From the NCBI RefSeq assembly GCF_009914755.1, contig NC_060925.1: a DNA stretch of 64,000 bases; one strand, written 5' to 3'. The first letter of the stretch is position 1. Each line of letters starts with the position of its first letter. The stretch is from the human T2T-CHM13v2.0 reference genome, Homo sapiens. The translations under genes and the position numbers were made by a program. Positions 27,120-42,784 of this stretch are shown here, one piece after another. The notes under the pieces are model-generated. The model made no database searches. It was not told the DNA's origin and saw nothing but the letters and a program-made list of their open reading frames with translations.

Positions 27120-28749
27120 TAATAGTATTTGAAGGCAGACTCTGATTAACTAAAAATTCATATTAAAGCAAGTTTGGATTAATAAAAAACCTGGAGAGAG
27201 AATATGTGAAAAAAATATGCAGATGGAACTGAGAGAGCTCTCCAGGGAAGATAAAGGAGCTATTAAGGTAACAAGAACTAAGGTTGATGCAATTAAAATG
27301 TCAGGAATGCTTACAATCTCTAGGCTGAGGGGAGTTTTAGATAGGCAGGACAGCAAACTGCCGTCAGTCTGAATAGAAAAGAGGTAAAATAAACAGTATT
27401 GGAAGTGGGTTATTATTCCAGCTGTTATGTTTGAGATGGGCCTGCTTTCATAGTCTTGGAGGTCTGGGCAGAAACACACCACAGCAGGCACAAGAGACAA
27501 CATGCTGGGTTGCTGCTCTGTAAAAATCATGTTTCCTAATCCTGCTCCCCAGGCCCACAGTTTTGTGGCCAGAACCTGTCATGTGTTCTTTGATCTTTGT
27601 GGGTCTGGGGTGATCCAGCATGAGAGGAACCAGCGGTTGAACAGGAAGGAGCACTGTGTGGCAGGGGTCCCTTGCTTTGGGTAAGCCCTAGCAGAAAGCT
27701 TCCGATGGCTGTCTTCCCCATAGATAAATACCTCCCTTGCGATGGATGCAGTTGGCATCTTCAGCACCCCTTCTGGAGACTTGCCTACTGTGGTTCACAG
27801 AGCACATTAATCATCATCATTATCGCAGATCCCAGAAAGGAAGAGGCTTTAGGTTTCTTGCTTCCTTTCTCTGCTGGCAGCAGGTGACAGCAGAATTATT
27901 TATCCTTTGGACTTAGGAGTCCCATAGATTAGCGTCAGAGATTTGGCCTAGGACTCTGCACAGATTTAAAGGGCCACTGGTTGTTGTATTTAGTGTCCTT
28001 TGTTCCTAGTAACCCAGGTAACCTTCATGGTGGCAGTATGATCCCCTGATACTGCAGGAAACGTAAGGGTGAAGGAGCATGTTCTGTGTTATAAATTTAT
28101 GACTTAATTAGTTACTTTCTTAACATCTTAGGTAGGAATTTGGGCTTAAGCAGGGCACATCTATCTTTAAAGAATACACAAGTTTTCCAAGTTGAAATTT
28201 GAAAGTAAAATAAATGTAAGGAACAGAAACAAGAGAGATTATATACTTCATTACTGCTGTTTGATCTCCATGCTTTCATTGCATGGTAATTTTTCTCAGA
28301 TTTTAACTTGTATATTACATGAATCTAACAAACATAAATAACGTATCTGGGTCAGTATTTAACATATACATTTCGTAAAGGTCTTGAAAGCCAATGGGGT
28401 CTAAAACATGTTTGATTATTTATTGTAAGAAGGCTGGATTTTAAATCTGCTTCTGTAGCATCTCAACAGCTTGCAGGGTTCCAAGGAACTCATAATTATT
28501 AATGATAAATCCTGAAGTGTCCCACTGAGCCCACAGAGTAAAGAATGCTTGAGTAAAGAATACTATTAAGAAGGCAGACACTGAATGAGCCAGCTGAAAT
28601 GCAAAGACACGAGAGTGCAATTTCTCTTTGGCATCCTCCTCGGCAAGGTGGGATGCCAGAAACAACTGCTGAGTACACCATCATGCCAGCCCTGGAGGTT
28701 GGAAGGATAATGGGGTGACAGGCAAAACCCAAGCCTAGAGCCCCCAGAG

Positions 28750-29430
28750 CAGTAATAATAGCTCACGTTTATCAAGCACTTGCTGAGTACCAGATTCTGT
28801 GCTAAGTACTTTATAGCCAATCCTCTCAAAATACCCTCATTTTTGAGACTAGAAAGGGTAGGTAACTGCCTCAAGTCACACAACTAGTTAAGTGATAGAG
28901 CCAGGACTCTAGAGCCTGCATTTCCAACCAGTTGCACTCTACCATTCCCCACATTTCATCTGGAGGAGTCTCACTCAGTTCCTCAAATATTTATTGACCA
29001 TTTACAATGTACAACACATGTGCTATGCCCCAGTGGAAAACTGTGAACATATTTACTGATTTAATCAACAATCATTTATTAAGCATCTTCTCTGTACCAG
29101 GCACTGTGCTAAATAAGCACTGGGGAGTGCAAATATGACTAAGACATGATCCCTGACCTCAAGGAAAGTATAGGCTAGTGTTGGGCACAGACAAGTCACT
29201 CAACAGTCCTGGGTACCATGTGCTGTCAAGATGTGTGCCGCAGAGACAAGGCCATCTAAGAAGGTCAGAGAAAGTCTCCAAAGAAGAGGTGGCCCTGAGC
29301 TGAGTCATGAAGGGAAGATAGGAATTAGCTGGGTGAAGTGTGGGGACCAAGGCATCCTAGCCAGAGAGAGCATGGAGGTGAAAGTGTGGCATGGTGAGGA
29401 AACTCCATTGTGGCTGGAGTTTAGAGTGAG
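28750..29430 (-). mobile_element. MIR followed by L2 fragments
   Basis: MIR core (ggtaactgcctcaagtcacacaactagt), then antisense L2 tail (catttattaagcatc...ccaggcactgtgct). Confidence 0.65.
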
Positions 29431-29562
29431 GTAGGACTTTGAAGAAGTGACTCTGAAAATCCTAACTCCACTTTTCATTTTAATACTGTTAATGCTTTAA
29501 GCTTGAGGGTCTCTCGGAGCATTAATTCTCTCTTTCTTAAGCAAAAGATTCATTTTAGCACA

Positions 29563-29905
29563 TGCTATAGATTGAATGTTTGTGTTCCCCCCCGAATTTG
29601 TACATTGGAACCTAGCATGTAATGGAATTAGGAAGTTGCTTCCACATCAACAACCTTTGGAAGGGGCTAGAGAGACCTTTGGGAGGTGATCAGGTAATAC
29701 CCAGATGGCTCACTTTACCCTTCTACCCTGTGAAGTTATAGCAACAAGAATGTTTATGAACTGGAAAGAGGGCCCTCACCAGACACTGAATCAGTCAGTG
29801 CCTTGATTTTGGACTTCTCCTCCACCAGAACTGGGAAAAATAAATTTCTGTTGTTTGTAACGGACCTAATCTATGATATTTTGTTATACCCAATGGGCTA
29901 AGACA
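29563..29905 (+). mobile_element. MLT1A-like MaLR solo LTR
   Basis: tgctatagattgaatgtttgtg...aataaatttctgttg...ctaagaca; 5-bp TSD gcaca/gccca. Confidence 0.88.
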
Positions 29906-30840
29906 GCCCAGATTCCAGTCACTTATTTATTTCTTCAACAGATATTTAACACAGGCCAGCTATGTACAAGACACATGTACAAGACACCATGCTTGGCACC
30001 AAAAGAACAAAACATGGTCCTGCTTTGAAAGACATTGTGTACAGGAGGGCAAGACAGACATGCAAACAAGCAGTAGCAAAATATTACTTTACTAAGTGCT
30101 CAATAGTGGGATATCCTTGACTTCACAGGGGTTTGCTTAACAGGTCTGAACAAAGGAAATCTGAACAATTTTCTTCAGCTTATAAATATTTGGGGTTCCC
30201 AGGTAACTCTATTTTATCATTACCACTATTCTCCTACTATTACCCACTAGAGCATTCAGAGTTCTCTATTTTGTATATTCAGCTAAATTATAGAGACACT
30301 TATTTAAAAGTAACTAACATCTTACTAGGTGAAATAAATTCCACATTGACATGGAAGCAACCCTAATAAGGATGCTAGATAGCATTAAAATAAACAAAGT
30401 AGTAGATTAATGAGAAAAAACTTAAATGCATTATTGCTTGCCAGACCTCCTCCGCCATGCACATGCCACACCCCTCCACCCACCCTCTGCACAGGGAGAG
30501 GCTGCCCAGGTCAAAGGTGGTTGCTGCATTGCCTGGAGATCTCGGACAACCATTTTCACCAGTTCCTCCATGAACTTTTATAAAAAAGATTTTCAGACAT
30601 TCTTTTCATTAAGAAATCTTTTTCTGCATTAAAAATGATATTAAGTCCTTTCAATCGTTTTCCCATAAAAGAACCCAGATCCTTTTACACTTTCTCGTAA
30701 GACCCATTTTATAATCTTTTAATTTTTTTTTTTTTTTTTGCTTATTTCTGTTTATAAATTATGCTCAAAATGCAAAACTGGAGCAAATGATAGTACCAGA
30801 TTTAAATATTGCCATTTCCACTAAAGATGTAAAACACTTT

Positions 30841-31143
<303 letters not shown>

Positions 31144-33618
31144 TAGAACACATTTTTGTATGTTTTTATTCTATTTTATCCCACCAACCATCTGTGGATT
31201 CTTGGGCAAGTCATTAACATCTTGGGGCTTTGGTTTCCTCAACTGCTAATAAAGAGTTAACATGGATACTAAGCACTGTCTAACAGATCTTCTAGCCTTC
31301 AAACCCTATAGTGATGGATGTTATTGTTAATAATAATACTCTTTCATCCAGAATCACAGTATTCTTGAGACACCTTTCATCTTGAGCCTAAATCCTGCCA
31401 AGTTGATTGCTAAAAGTAAAGCTTGTTCAGACAACCCACTTATGGTCCTAAATAAAAGAAATACAAAGAGAACAAATGAATATGTTCACAAATTCATTTG
31501 TTATACCTAAATAAAGTGTATCCCTAGAACATAGTTTAGTACCATATTAGAAAAACCATTATTATGATAAATGTCAGCAGAATGATTCAAAAACATCATA
31601 ATGAGTATTTGAATAGATTGCTTTAAAAGACATTTGATTAAAGTCGTACATTTTTCTGGAGTTTTTGAAAAGTAAAGTTTAAGCATAAAATTACTCTTAA
31701 AGTAATATTTACTGAAAATTAAGAGTCACTATACTTAACAAAAATATATTACACACATTTCCAAACAAAACAAGAGTACACTTTAGTGCACTCAAGTTAT
31801 CTATATTATTAAGGATTCCTGCCACTGTGAGAAGTCATAAAAAATGGGGGATTAACACAGGAATAAAGAAAGACAAAGATTACCATTTGCAAACCATTTA
31901 TGGTTAGGAAATCCAGGGTAATAAACTGAAAGCTATGTGTGATGATCTAGAAAATCTAGTAAAGTGATCATAAAATGAACAATAATGAAGGAAAAGAGAT
32001 GCCATTCCCCGTATCAAAAAAATGCTAAATATCTGCTACTTATGCTAATATGGCATTCTCTAGCACTGAATAAAAAATATTATGAAACCTTCATGGGAAA
32101 AGCAAAGGACTATTTGAGTAAAAGCCAATATATTTCTTGTTTCTGACCCTAATGTTGAAGAACCGTCAAAGTTACTACAATTCCAATTAAAATATCAAAA
32201 TGTAATATCAACATGTAAAGAACTTTATAAAATATGAAATATAGAGATATGTTAAATCAAGTGTTTTTAAGTGATAATAATGCCCTATGAAATGAGTAGC
32301 TATCAACATTAAGAAAAATAAGCCACAATGAACTCTAGTTGAATGAAACAGTTAAATATATGGGGTTTTTCAATTTAAAATGTAATATAATTGCTCCAGT
32401 TATTAAGGAAAATGTATTTCCCTTCACTATTGAGCAAATAGAAAAAGGGTGGATGAATTTCATTATTAAAAGATTAAAAATGTTATATTAGAGATATAAT
32501 AAAACCACCATGAATATGACAGTTTCTTCATATCTAAATTTCACATTTTTAAAAAAAGCCATAAGCATAATAGCAGGCCCTTATTCTACAGATGGGCACG
32601 AACAGACATTATTTAGAAAAAAGTTCATACTTGGCTGTTAATCAGGGAAATATTAAGTAACTCAAACGTGCAGTACCACCTCACAACTACTTAAATTATC
32701 AAAAATAAAGAAACTCTACAGCGACAGAGCTGTAGAGTATATTCATACATTGCAGGCAGCAGTGTTTTACACTATGGTTGTAAAAGATAGTTGAAAGAAT
32801 GTAACAAAATCTTTCAAAATCCTTTTTAAGTGCAATATTTCTAGAACTATGTAGTGATGGTGATAATTATATCTACTACACTTACTGGAAAACTAAATTA
32901 AGCCCTGCACTGGACACTTTATAGATATTATTTCATATCCTTACTGAAATGCTACAGGTGGACATTACTGACTGTGTTTTAAAGATAAGGAAATTGAGAC
33001 TCAGAAAGGGACTCAGAAAAGCTACATAAGTCGATCAGATCAGAGAGATTCAAGTCTTGGTTTACCCAAGCTCTTTCTACCACCCCATGCTGCCTCTGAA
33101 ACAGTGCAAAAGAAAAACAGAAGAGAAAATAAGGAAAAAGAAAGATGAAGGAAAATAAAAGAAATAGGACACCTTTCTGAACTAATCCACATGCCTCATA
33201 ACAGAAACTAGAAATAATTCAATGCCCAACAGTCACTATGGAAGTGAGTTCAAAGTATATAATAGCATCTATCAAAATGGACACACCCCTCGTATGCAGC
33301 AATACTTCTAGGATTCGGTAATGATGACACTACTACTACTACAAGTGATAACCAATTAGTGAATAGCAGGACTGAGGGTTGTTTGGTAGTCGTGGAGTGA
33401 GAGGCAGAATGGTATAGTGGAAGTACATCGCCTGGGTGCAAGTCCTAGCTCTGCCCCTTACTAGATGTAGAACAGTAAGTTTAACTCTTAAACTCTATTC
33501 ATCAACAGCCAAAATTTGTTGATTAATATATTGCTATTAAGTGGGTGAGATGCTCAGGACAGGGCAGTTTTCTTCATGTATCAGTGACATTTTGGGTAGT
33601 CTGACTTCATGAAGGTAA

Positions 33619-33952
<334 letters not shown>

Positions 33953-35132
33953 AGACTTTACAAAGTTTTTAAGTGTGTGTTTCTGTTTCTGTCTTCTCCC
34001 TCTTCTCTGCACCCCTCTCAAAATAATAAATATTTTGGCTACATTTTACTATTAGGCATCAAATTCCCACTGTTCATAAATATGTGTGGTCAACGAAAAG
34101 GCCTTTTGAGGAAAGCTTTCAATATGAATGCAGGTGCAATATACACAACAAAAAGCAATGAACCTGGAAGAAATGGAGGTAACACAGGAAATGCGAGAAA
34201 ACATTAGCAGCAGTCTAGTTACATCTTCAGAGAAATATGAGAAAGTAGTGTCACCACAGAACAGGAACAGGATTCCATGAGAGAATGAATCATGTAGTAG
34301 AAAAGAGTGGCATAATAGTATTTAGAGATCACAACCATAGGAGGTGAAAAGTGGTATAAGAGATAAATCCTAAAACTGAGAAATCAAGAAATAGCAGTCA
34401 AATATATTGTTTATAATGGCAATAACTTCCAGCGGAAACAGCTAAAATAAAAATAAGTTTGCCTGCAAGAGAGTAGACTGCTATTTTTCATGAAGCCTTT
34501 TGATATCATATTATCTTTCTTTTCAAACTCTGTGTATATATTACTTTGATTTAATTATTTTTAAATTTTTAAGAGGCTTGGAATAGTCATAACCTTGCTT
34601 AGTATAATAGTTGTGTTCCTGGCAATCACAGAGTAATTTTTAATAAATCAATATTAGTTTTCTTTGAGCCCTTAGTAAATCAAATACATTATTTTAGGCT
34701 GTGTGTGAAATTTAGAGACTTGCAAGAAGTCCATTCCTTCCAAGAGTCTATCATTTATTCAGGATGGCAATATTATAAGGCAACATATTCCAAATATTAA
34801 ATAAGAGTAACAGACTGACACTGTCTGTCTCTGGACTTAAGGGTGGAGATGATGTAGGCTTCAGTTCATGGAGAAGGGGGCTAGAGCTGAGTGTTTAAAA
34901 GAACCTTGTGATTACACAGAGGAGTGTGGAGGACTGTGGGGTGAAAGGGAGCACACAGGAGCAGAGGCAGGCAGCTCATATGACACTGTGAGATGAGTAG
35001 TAAGCCAGGTTGGCAGCAGCATAAGATATGTATTGAAAGGGTGGGGGAAAATCATTATGAAAGGGCAGCCTGAAGATACCATGTCAGGGGAGGATTTTAT
35101 CTCATAGGAAATAATAAGTCCCTGAATGTCTT

Positions 35133-35639
35133 GTATGTGTTTGAAAATTTCTGGAGTGTATGATAAAAGCTGTTACATATGTATAATGTGTAGTGATCAA
35201 GTCAGAGGTATTCAGGGCATCCATCACCTGAGTACAATACATTTTTGTTAAGTATAGTCATCCTACTCTGTTATCAACATCATTTAATTTATTCCCTTTA
35301 TTTTAACCTATTTCTCTTCATCCTCCCCTCTCCCTGCCTGCGCTCACCCTTCCCAGTCTCTATTATCTATTTTTTTCACTTCCTACCTCTATGTGTTCAA
35401 ATTTTTTCTCTCTCACATGTAAGTGAGAACATGCAATATTTGTCTTTTTGTGTCTGGCTTATTTCACTCAAGATAACGACCTCCAGTTCTACCCATGTTG
35501 CTGCAAATGACAGGATTTCATTCCTTTTATGGCTGAATAGAATTCCATTGTGTAAATGTGCTACATTTTCTTTGTCCGTTCATCTGTTCATGGATGCACA
35601 GGTTGATTTCATTTCTTAGCTATGGTGAATAGTGCTGCA
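35133..35639 (-). mobile_element. L1MA5-like 3' end inserted into an L2
   Basis: gtagtgatcaagtcagaggtattcagggcatccatcacc...; TSD cctgaatgtctt / cctgaatgtttt. Confidence 0.85.
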
Positions 35640-38175
35640 CCTGAATGTTTTTGAGCAAGATATAGGCAAGATCAGCCTGCTGGTAATATGTGGCTTGCTG
35701 TGACCAGAAGACTAAGCCAGAAGTCAAGAAGGAGTTAAGCAATTATAGCAACCTTTCAGCTAGGACATGAGCATGACTTTAACTTGAACAATGGCATTGG
35801 CAATGGAAAGGAGGAATATTAGAATGTTAAAGATACAAAAACTTAGGGATACACAATTTTTTCATCTCTGAGGAACATTAAATATTATTTTACCCTAATT
35901 GTCACTGTAAATTTCTAGAATGTCATTATAATCAATCAGAGCTTTGACCAGCATGAGTTAACCACTATTACTACTAAGTTGACAAGGCCAAGCAAAGAAA
36001 CTCAAGGTTTTAGCTTACATTTAGAGCATCTTCGTGACATAAATACAATTCCCATTAGGCATTCTGAAATGCAAAATATTTTTTAAAGTAACTTGTGGAT
36101 GCTTATCACTGCTTTCCTAAACCCCAATCATACTCCCAGGCTGGAAACCACTGACTGGACCTAGAACGTCTTCATTTATAGGTGAAGAAGCTTAATCACA
36201 TGTGTCTGAAAACATACTCCAAGTGATGAGCAGCATGGAGTCAAAACAAGCCTCTTGCATCTTGCTTAAAGTTAGCTACATTCTGCTGGGAATTAACAGG
36301 ACTTGGTATCTGATTAGTAACATTTTTAGGGAACAACTGAATCATTTGAAAAGCAAATAATCATCCTTTCATTTATCTTTTGTTTAAGACTGGCTTTCCA
36401 TTAGTAAAGGTTTGCTCAGAGCAATGTAAACCATTATTTCTGTGTTAAAATTGGCTGCTAAAACCACCACCTGGATACTTTTGTCTAACATTGATTTCTC
36501 AGCTGCTTATTTTCTTATTATCCTGCCATTTTAAATGACAAGCATTACTGTTTCTTGATCCATTATGACATAATGCCATATTAACAATCATATTGTTTGA
36601 AAGTTCCATTGTCATGCACATATATAAATGAGGCTTTAAGAGACTCAAGGTTTGAATTCCTCTTATTCTACTCTGTAACATTTTTTCTTCCATAATTCTG
36701 CAAATACAATATCACAAGTGTTGGGCATTAATTGCTTATTCAGATCAATCTCACTGGTCTCCGTAGTGACATGCATATTTTATGATACAAGTCAAGCTGC
36801 TAGATTAACAGATGTTTGTCTTTAAAGGAAAGGAAAAGTGAAACAGCAGTCACAGCATCTCTGTCCCTGTATGCATTCAATGTTAAATGCTACATTTAGA
36901 GAACAAATTAATAGGTGTATTATCTCTGAATTATCATCACCCCAAGCACTGTCCTCTGTCAGTAAGTTATTTTCAGCATTCAGGTAGTCTTTGCCACTAA
37001 ATCTTTAACATCTGAGAAACCCAAAGCCATGTAAAAGAACCTGGTCATTCTTTTGGTTGTTTTGTTGTTGTTGTTGTTGTTGTTGTTTTTGCATTAAGCA
37101 TTCCTCATGTATGGGAAACTATGATAATTCAGAATGAAAAACGTGGGAGAAATACCTTTAAAATGTTATCAGCTACATAAAGCCTGACATTTAAGAAAAC
37201 TATTATGCTCTACTGAAAACAATGTGGGAAGCATAAGCTCTATGGAAAAAAAAAAAAAAGATTAATTACAGCCTTGAACTTTCTCCACTTGGCCAAAAGG
37301 AGAATAAGAGAATGTGAAGTGTGAAAGCTCTTTTGACGTGGTGACTGGAAGGGCTGCTGTTGCAATGGACAGTCTGAATCACAGACCGCAAATGAAGGAA
37401 GCAAATTCAGAATATCAGGGAAGTGGAGGAAAGTAGAAGAGAAGAACCAGGAGACTGGATGGAAGCAGAGCTAGCTCCGAAATGAGAACTACCTTGTCTG
37501 GAAAAAAGAAGGCTTACTGATAGTCAAGCAGCATAATTAAGGATCAGTGAAGCTTACAACGTTGAGAATAGTAACTGACTTCTTTGACTAGAGAGCAGCC
37601 TGAATTGGAGGGGACTGTACTGTGGGACCCTGTGAGGTATGAAAGTGGATATCCCAAGGCTGCCTTTCTGATGTCTCCAGAGAGAGACTGTAGAATTACT
37701 TTGATGTGATACACTATTGGTAAAAGCCAAGACCACATCTGCCTGAGAAAAGAAAATGGTGGAAATGAGGGAATAGAAACATTCCATTTTCAAACGTGTA
37801 GTTAAGATGTTTGCAAATTCTTGTCCCAAACGCCAGGAAAGAAAGTGGATGAATCAATGGCTACTGCAAGAATAGTTTCTGTGCCTTGCTAATAGGGAAG
37901 AAGGAAGTATCATTATCTGGGCCACTGAGGCTGCCTGAAACAGGAGAAATGCTGGATTACATAAGTTAAATACAGAAAAGTGACAGAAGGATGTAGTGAG
38001 GAGGAGAAGATGACTGCAGAAAAAAGGAAGATGGAGGAAATGAATACAATTTTAGCTTTTCATAGAAACTGATAGTGTGATTAATAGGAAATTTGTGAAA
38101 ATTTGGGAGGTTAAATAATTGCAAATTATTTTATGCATAATATGACACCACAGTGTCTCTAAAATTTGTTTTTTA

Positions 38176-38499
<324 letters not shown>

Positions 38500-39516
38500 T
38501 CATGGCAGGCAGACTTCAAGCCTTTGGTCTGTCCAAATTCAGGAGTGAGAAGAGGGTCTCAGCTGGACATTCAAGGTCTATTTTAACCCTGTAATTCTGT
38601 GATTTGGTGAAGGATCACCAGTTATGAAGGATAATTAGCCATTCAGTAAGAGACCTGCAGAATATTAAGAAATTCATTCTGTTCATTTCTGACATTCCTA
38701 CCCAGGTAAAATCAGTTATGTTTAGTTTCTTTAAAAAGCCACATAAGCACAGTTCTAATGGTGTGAAATCCCTGTACCAGGCATTCATCTATAATTATTT
38801 ATAATTGCATTATTTGTCATGGTTTACAAAACACAGATGCAAAAGTTTTTACTAGAGCACATATTTCACTATGTGAAAATTATTTCCCTAGACTACTGCA
38901 TATATGTTGGATGGCCTCATTACTCAGTATCAGTAAACAGTTAACTGATAAAAATGTTATTCTGGACACTCAGGTGAGAGGGGAGAAGCCCATTTTAGCT
39001 CAGAGTTGATGATGCTAACAACTTACTCTTACACAAAAGGACAAGCCCAGACCACTTGTAATGAGTGAATGAAAAAAAGGCAATAGGAATAAACATGGAA
39101 CCAGGGAGATCATCAAAATCACCAATCTGTTTTAAAAAGTAGAAAGGATTTTATTTCAACTTTGGAAGAACATAGGAAATAAAAGCAAACACAAAATGTT
39201 TAAAAGTTCTTAAATAATATTTTTGTTCAACTTAATTTACATCTTTTTATGTATATAATACTATATGTAGAATAGCATGATTTTTTTATGTTTAAAGATG
39301 AAGGAGCTCTAAAAAAGCTAAAGTAACAAAGAAAGGCAGAGGCACCTTAATAAGAATACTTAAAATGTTTGTGTACAATCACTTTGGAAGAACAATAGAT
39401 TATTTGTGTCTGTGTATTTTAAGGAAGCTGTAGAAAGATTTGGTTAGCCATTATTTATTTACTTGAAACCTGTATTGCTGTCAAAATTATTATCAAAATA
39501 ATCCACGGACAAACTT

Positions 39517-39850
39517 TGTCTTGGGTTAGATCTCCTGGCAGCAGACCCTCTGACAAGGTCTGTTGAGGGAGTTCTCTCAGAAGACACCTGTCATTGAGCG
39601 AAGGGAAAAGCAGAAGGGAGGAAAAGGAGTCAGACACAAATAAATGGGTTCAGGAGAAGTCCAGCCTCAGCCTGGTTGCATGGGCAGGTAGGATGATTAT
39701 GGAAACAGCCCCAGGGGTTGAGTCCTGCTCCCAGACAGCACCCATTAGCTAAGAGCAGTCCTCTAGAGAAGGGTGCAGAAGTGAGCTCTTAGCTCTTAGC
39801 TGCCAACACTCACAGCAGCTGAGGCATAGGCACATCACCCTGGTATACAT
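39517..39850 (-). mobile_element. Old ERVL-class LTR fragment (LTR33/LTR16-like)
   Basis: tgtcttgggttagatctcctggcagcagaccctctgacaagg resembles the antisense LTR33 terminus as remembered. Confidence 0.5.
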
Positions 39851-39886
39851 TTATTTGTCTGTCTCAGTACTTTATGCAAAAAAAAA

Positions 39887-39978
39887 AATATATATATATA
39901 TACACACACATATATATGTATATATATACATATATACATATATGTGTGTGTATATATATATACACATATGTGTGTGTA

Positions 39979-40027
<49 letters not shown>
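39887..40027. repeat. Alternating purine-pyrimidine (TA/CA/TG) compound microsatellite
   Basis: Directly visible; follows an A-run. Confidence 0.95.
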
Positions 40028-40029
<2 letters not shown>

Positions 40030-41424
40030 CTCCTCAGGCTGTTGTTGCAGTATCTATCCATCCCAAGTGTTCAATTAATAGCTAATGGGTGAATGAACAG
40101 ATGGATAGGTGCTACAAAAAAAAGACACTGAAGAACCAGATTCTAAGAAATAAATCATAATAATAACCAGCATCTAGAAAACATTTCCCATGTGCAGACA
40201 CACTGCTTGGATTATTTTCATCAGGTAGGAATTGTTATTATCTTGATTTTATGCCTGCAGAAACTGAGATGGATGTTTTCCAGAGCCACATGGCTGGTGT
40301 GACATCAGAGCTGACACATTTAACTTCTTCGTTACACCAAATGCTCAGAAATTAGGAAGGTGAAATAAATGGGGTGAAACAAATATTGATAACTACTTAT
40401 CCTGAGTCATTTATAGCTTCATAGAGTGGCTTTGTTTTCCTTTTAGAAGATAGAATTAACAGCTGCATTTTCCTCGTTCTACAACAAATGGACAGGTATG
40501 TAGACTCCAACATACTCCTTGAATAAAAATGAGAAATTCTAGAATCCTTGGATCATGCAGAGTACTTGAAACATCCAGAAGATTCTCAGTATTTTTGTCT
40601 CCGCTATATTACAGATTAACCATTGACTGTGAAGATATATAATTATACAATCTAAATTGATTATGTTTAGGCCTGCCTGTAGTTTAAAATATACTATGAG
40701 TATTATTACAAGGCATGAGATTAAAATGGATGTTAATTTTTCAGTATTCCTCCTAAGCACAAGTTTCCAAGCCCAAATCTCATGAATGGAATGTGAAAGA
40801 GCCTCTGATACATTTGAGGCCTTTTTAATGAGTTGCTTAGCTCTTCTTCAGGGTAATTACTGATTTGTTCTGTGCTGTATATGAGATAACTGACTTAAAG
40901 TTTAAGCCAAAATCCCTCTGTAATTCACTTGACATATTAGAGAAAGAAATAAAATAACACATTTTAAACAAACACTAATGTTTTCTTAAAGTGAGATAAG
41001 TATCTGGCTACTTACAAATCATTAAAAATTATGTATCTGGATTTTAGAAAGAGAGAACCTATATTGGTTTCTCTTCCGTGTGTGCCCAGGGAGTTGTGTT
41101 CAACTCTCTCGGCTGTCATTCAGCTGTGTTAATTGTGACTGGCAAACACAGAATCCAAATCCGCACATTCATAATAATAGTTCTGACTCTTCTGACAAGA
41201 CCGCTAAGTAGGTCATGATTTTATGCCAAAAGGAAATGGCCTTTTGGTGGCCAAAGGAATGATTGCTGGGTTTTTTTTTTAATATAATTCATGGAAATCT
41301 ATTCTGCAATCTAGTGTTAATGTCATTGTTGTAGTTTCTCATTCCAAATTCATCACTTTGCCCACCATGTCCCATTTTGCCCTTCCAACCAGGACATAGT
41401 AGTGGGATTTCCTTTAAAATATTT

Positions 41425-41666
41425 TATTTATTTATTTAGATTTATATTTTTGAGACAGGGTCTTGCTCTGTCACCCAGGCTGGAGTGCGGTGATGTGATC
41501 ACAGCTCACTGCAGTCTCGACCTTCTGGGCTCAATCAGTCTTCCGACCTCAGCCTTCCAAGTAGCTGGGACTGCAGGTATGCCCCACCACACGCAGCTAC
41601 TTATTTTTATTTATTAATTAATTTATTTTTTGTACAGACAGGGTCTCACTATGTTGTCCAGGCTAG
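41425..41666 (-). mobile_element. 5'-truncated AluJ
   Basis: (ttta)n tail, gagacagggtcttgctctgtcacc; TSD-like taaaatatttt/taaaatctttt. Confidence 0.9.
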
Positions 41667-42270
41667 TAAAATCTTTTAAAACTGAGGAAAGCATTTTGTG
41701 ATACTGTAACTATAGTTATTACTACTTCAGAGTAAACACATCAATCTAGCTAGTTGTCAGGGCATAATTTTTGTAATACCTTTTACTTCTTTTGGAGGAA
41801 AAGCCATTGAGACAGCAATTCATTTATTCACTTGCAGGGCATCTCCTTTAAGTTAGTGTCTGCTTGATTCAAAAGCGATTATGGAAATGTGAAAGCTAGG
41901 CACAGATTGGGACAATTTGTTGCTATTGTGGCTTTTCTTTTATCATTGTTATAATGGTATTTATGAAATAAATGTAAAACGGGATTTTTAAAAAGTAGTG
42001 ATCATGAGAGCTAAGAAGTTGTCAGAAAGATATGTAAGTCATTTTGGACTTAAAAGAATTTATCCCACCTCAAATACTTCCAGAAAACGTGATTCTACAT
42101 AGACAACCACTTGCCACTTCCCAGTGTGGTAATTGGCAACACTTAGATTTACTACATGCAAAGTTCTGTACTAATAATGGATTTTCTACCTTTCAGCATT
42201 CCATACCCACATGACACTATTTTCTAGACGAGGAAAGAAGCTTAGAGAATCAGTAACTCCTCCAGAGTCA

Positions 42271-42784
<514 letters not shown>

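Noticed and set aside
27759-27785. REST/NRSE site (TTCAGCACC)
   Set aside because: Only the left half-site matches; GGACAG is absent at canonical spacing.
27875-27893. CTCF-like motif ggcagcaggtgacagc (also cctgcaggaggcag near 61056)
   Set aside because: Mismatches at informative positions; such matches are expected by chance in 64 kb without ChIP data.
37320-38150. Purine-rich block that may be an old LTR or other repeat
   Set aside because: I could not assign termini, a TSD or a family from the sequence alone.
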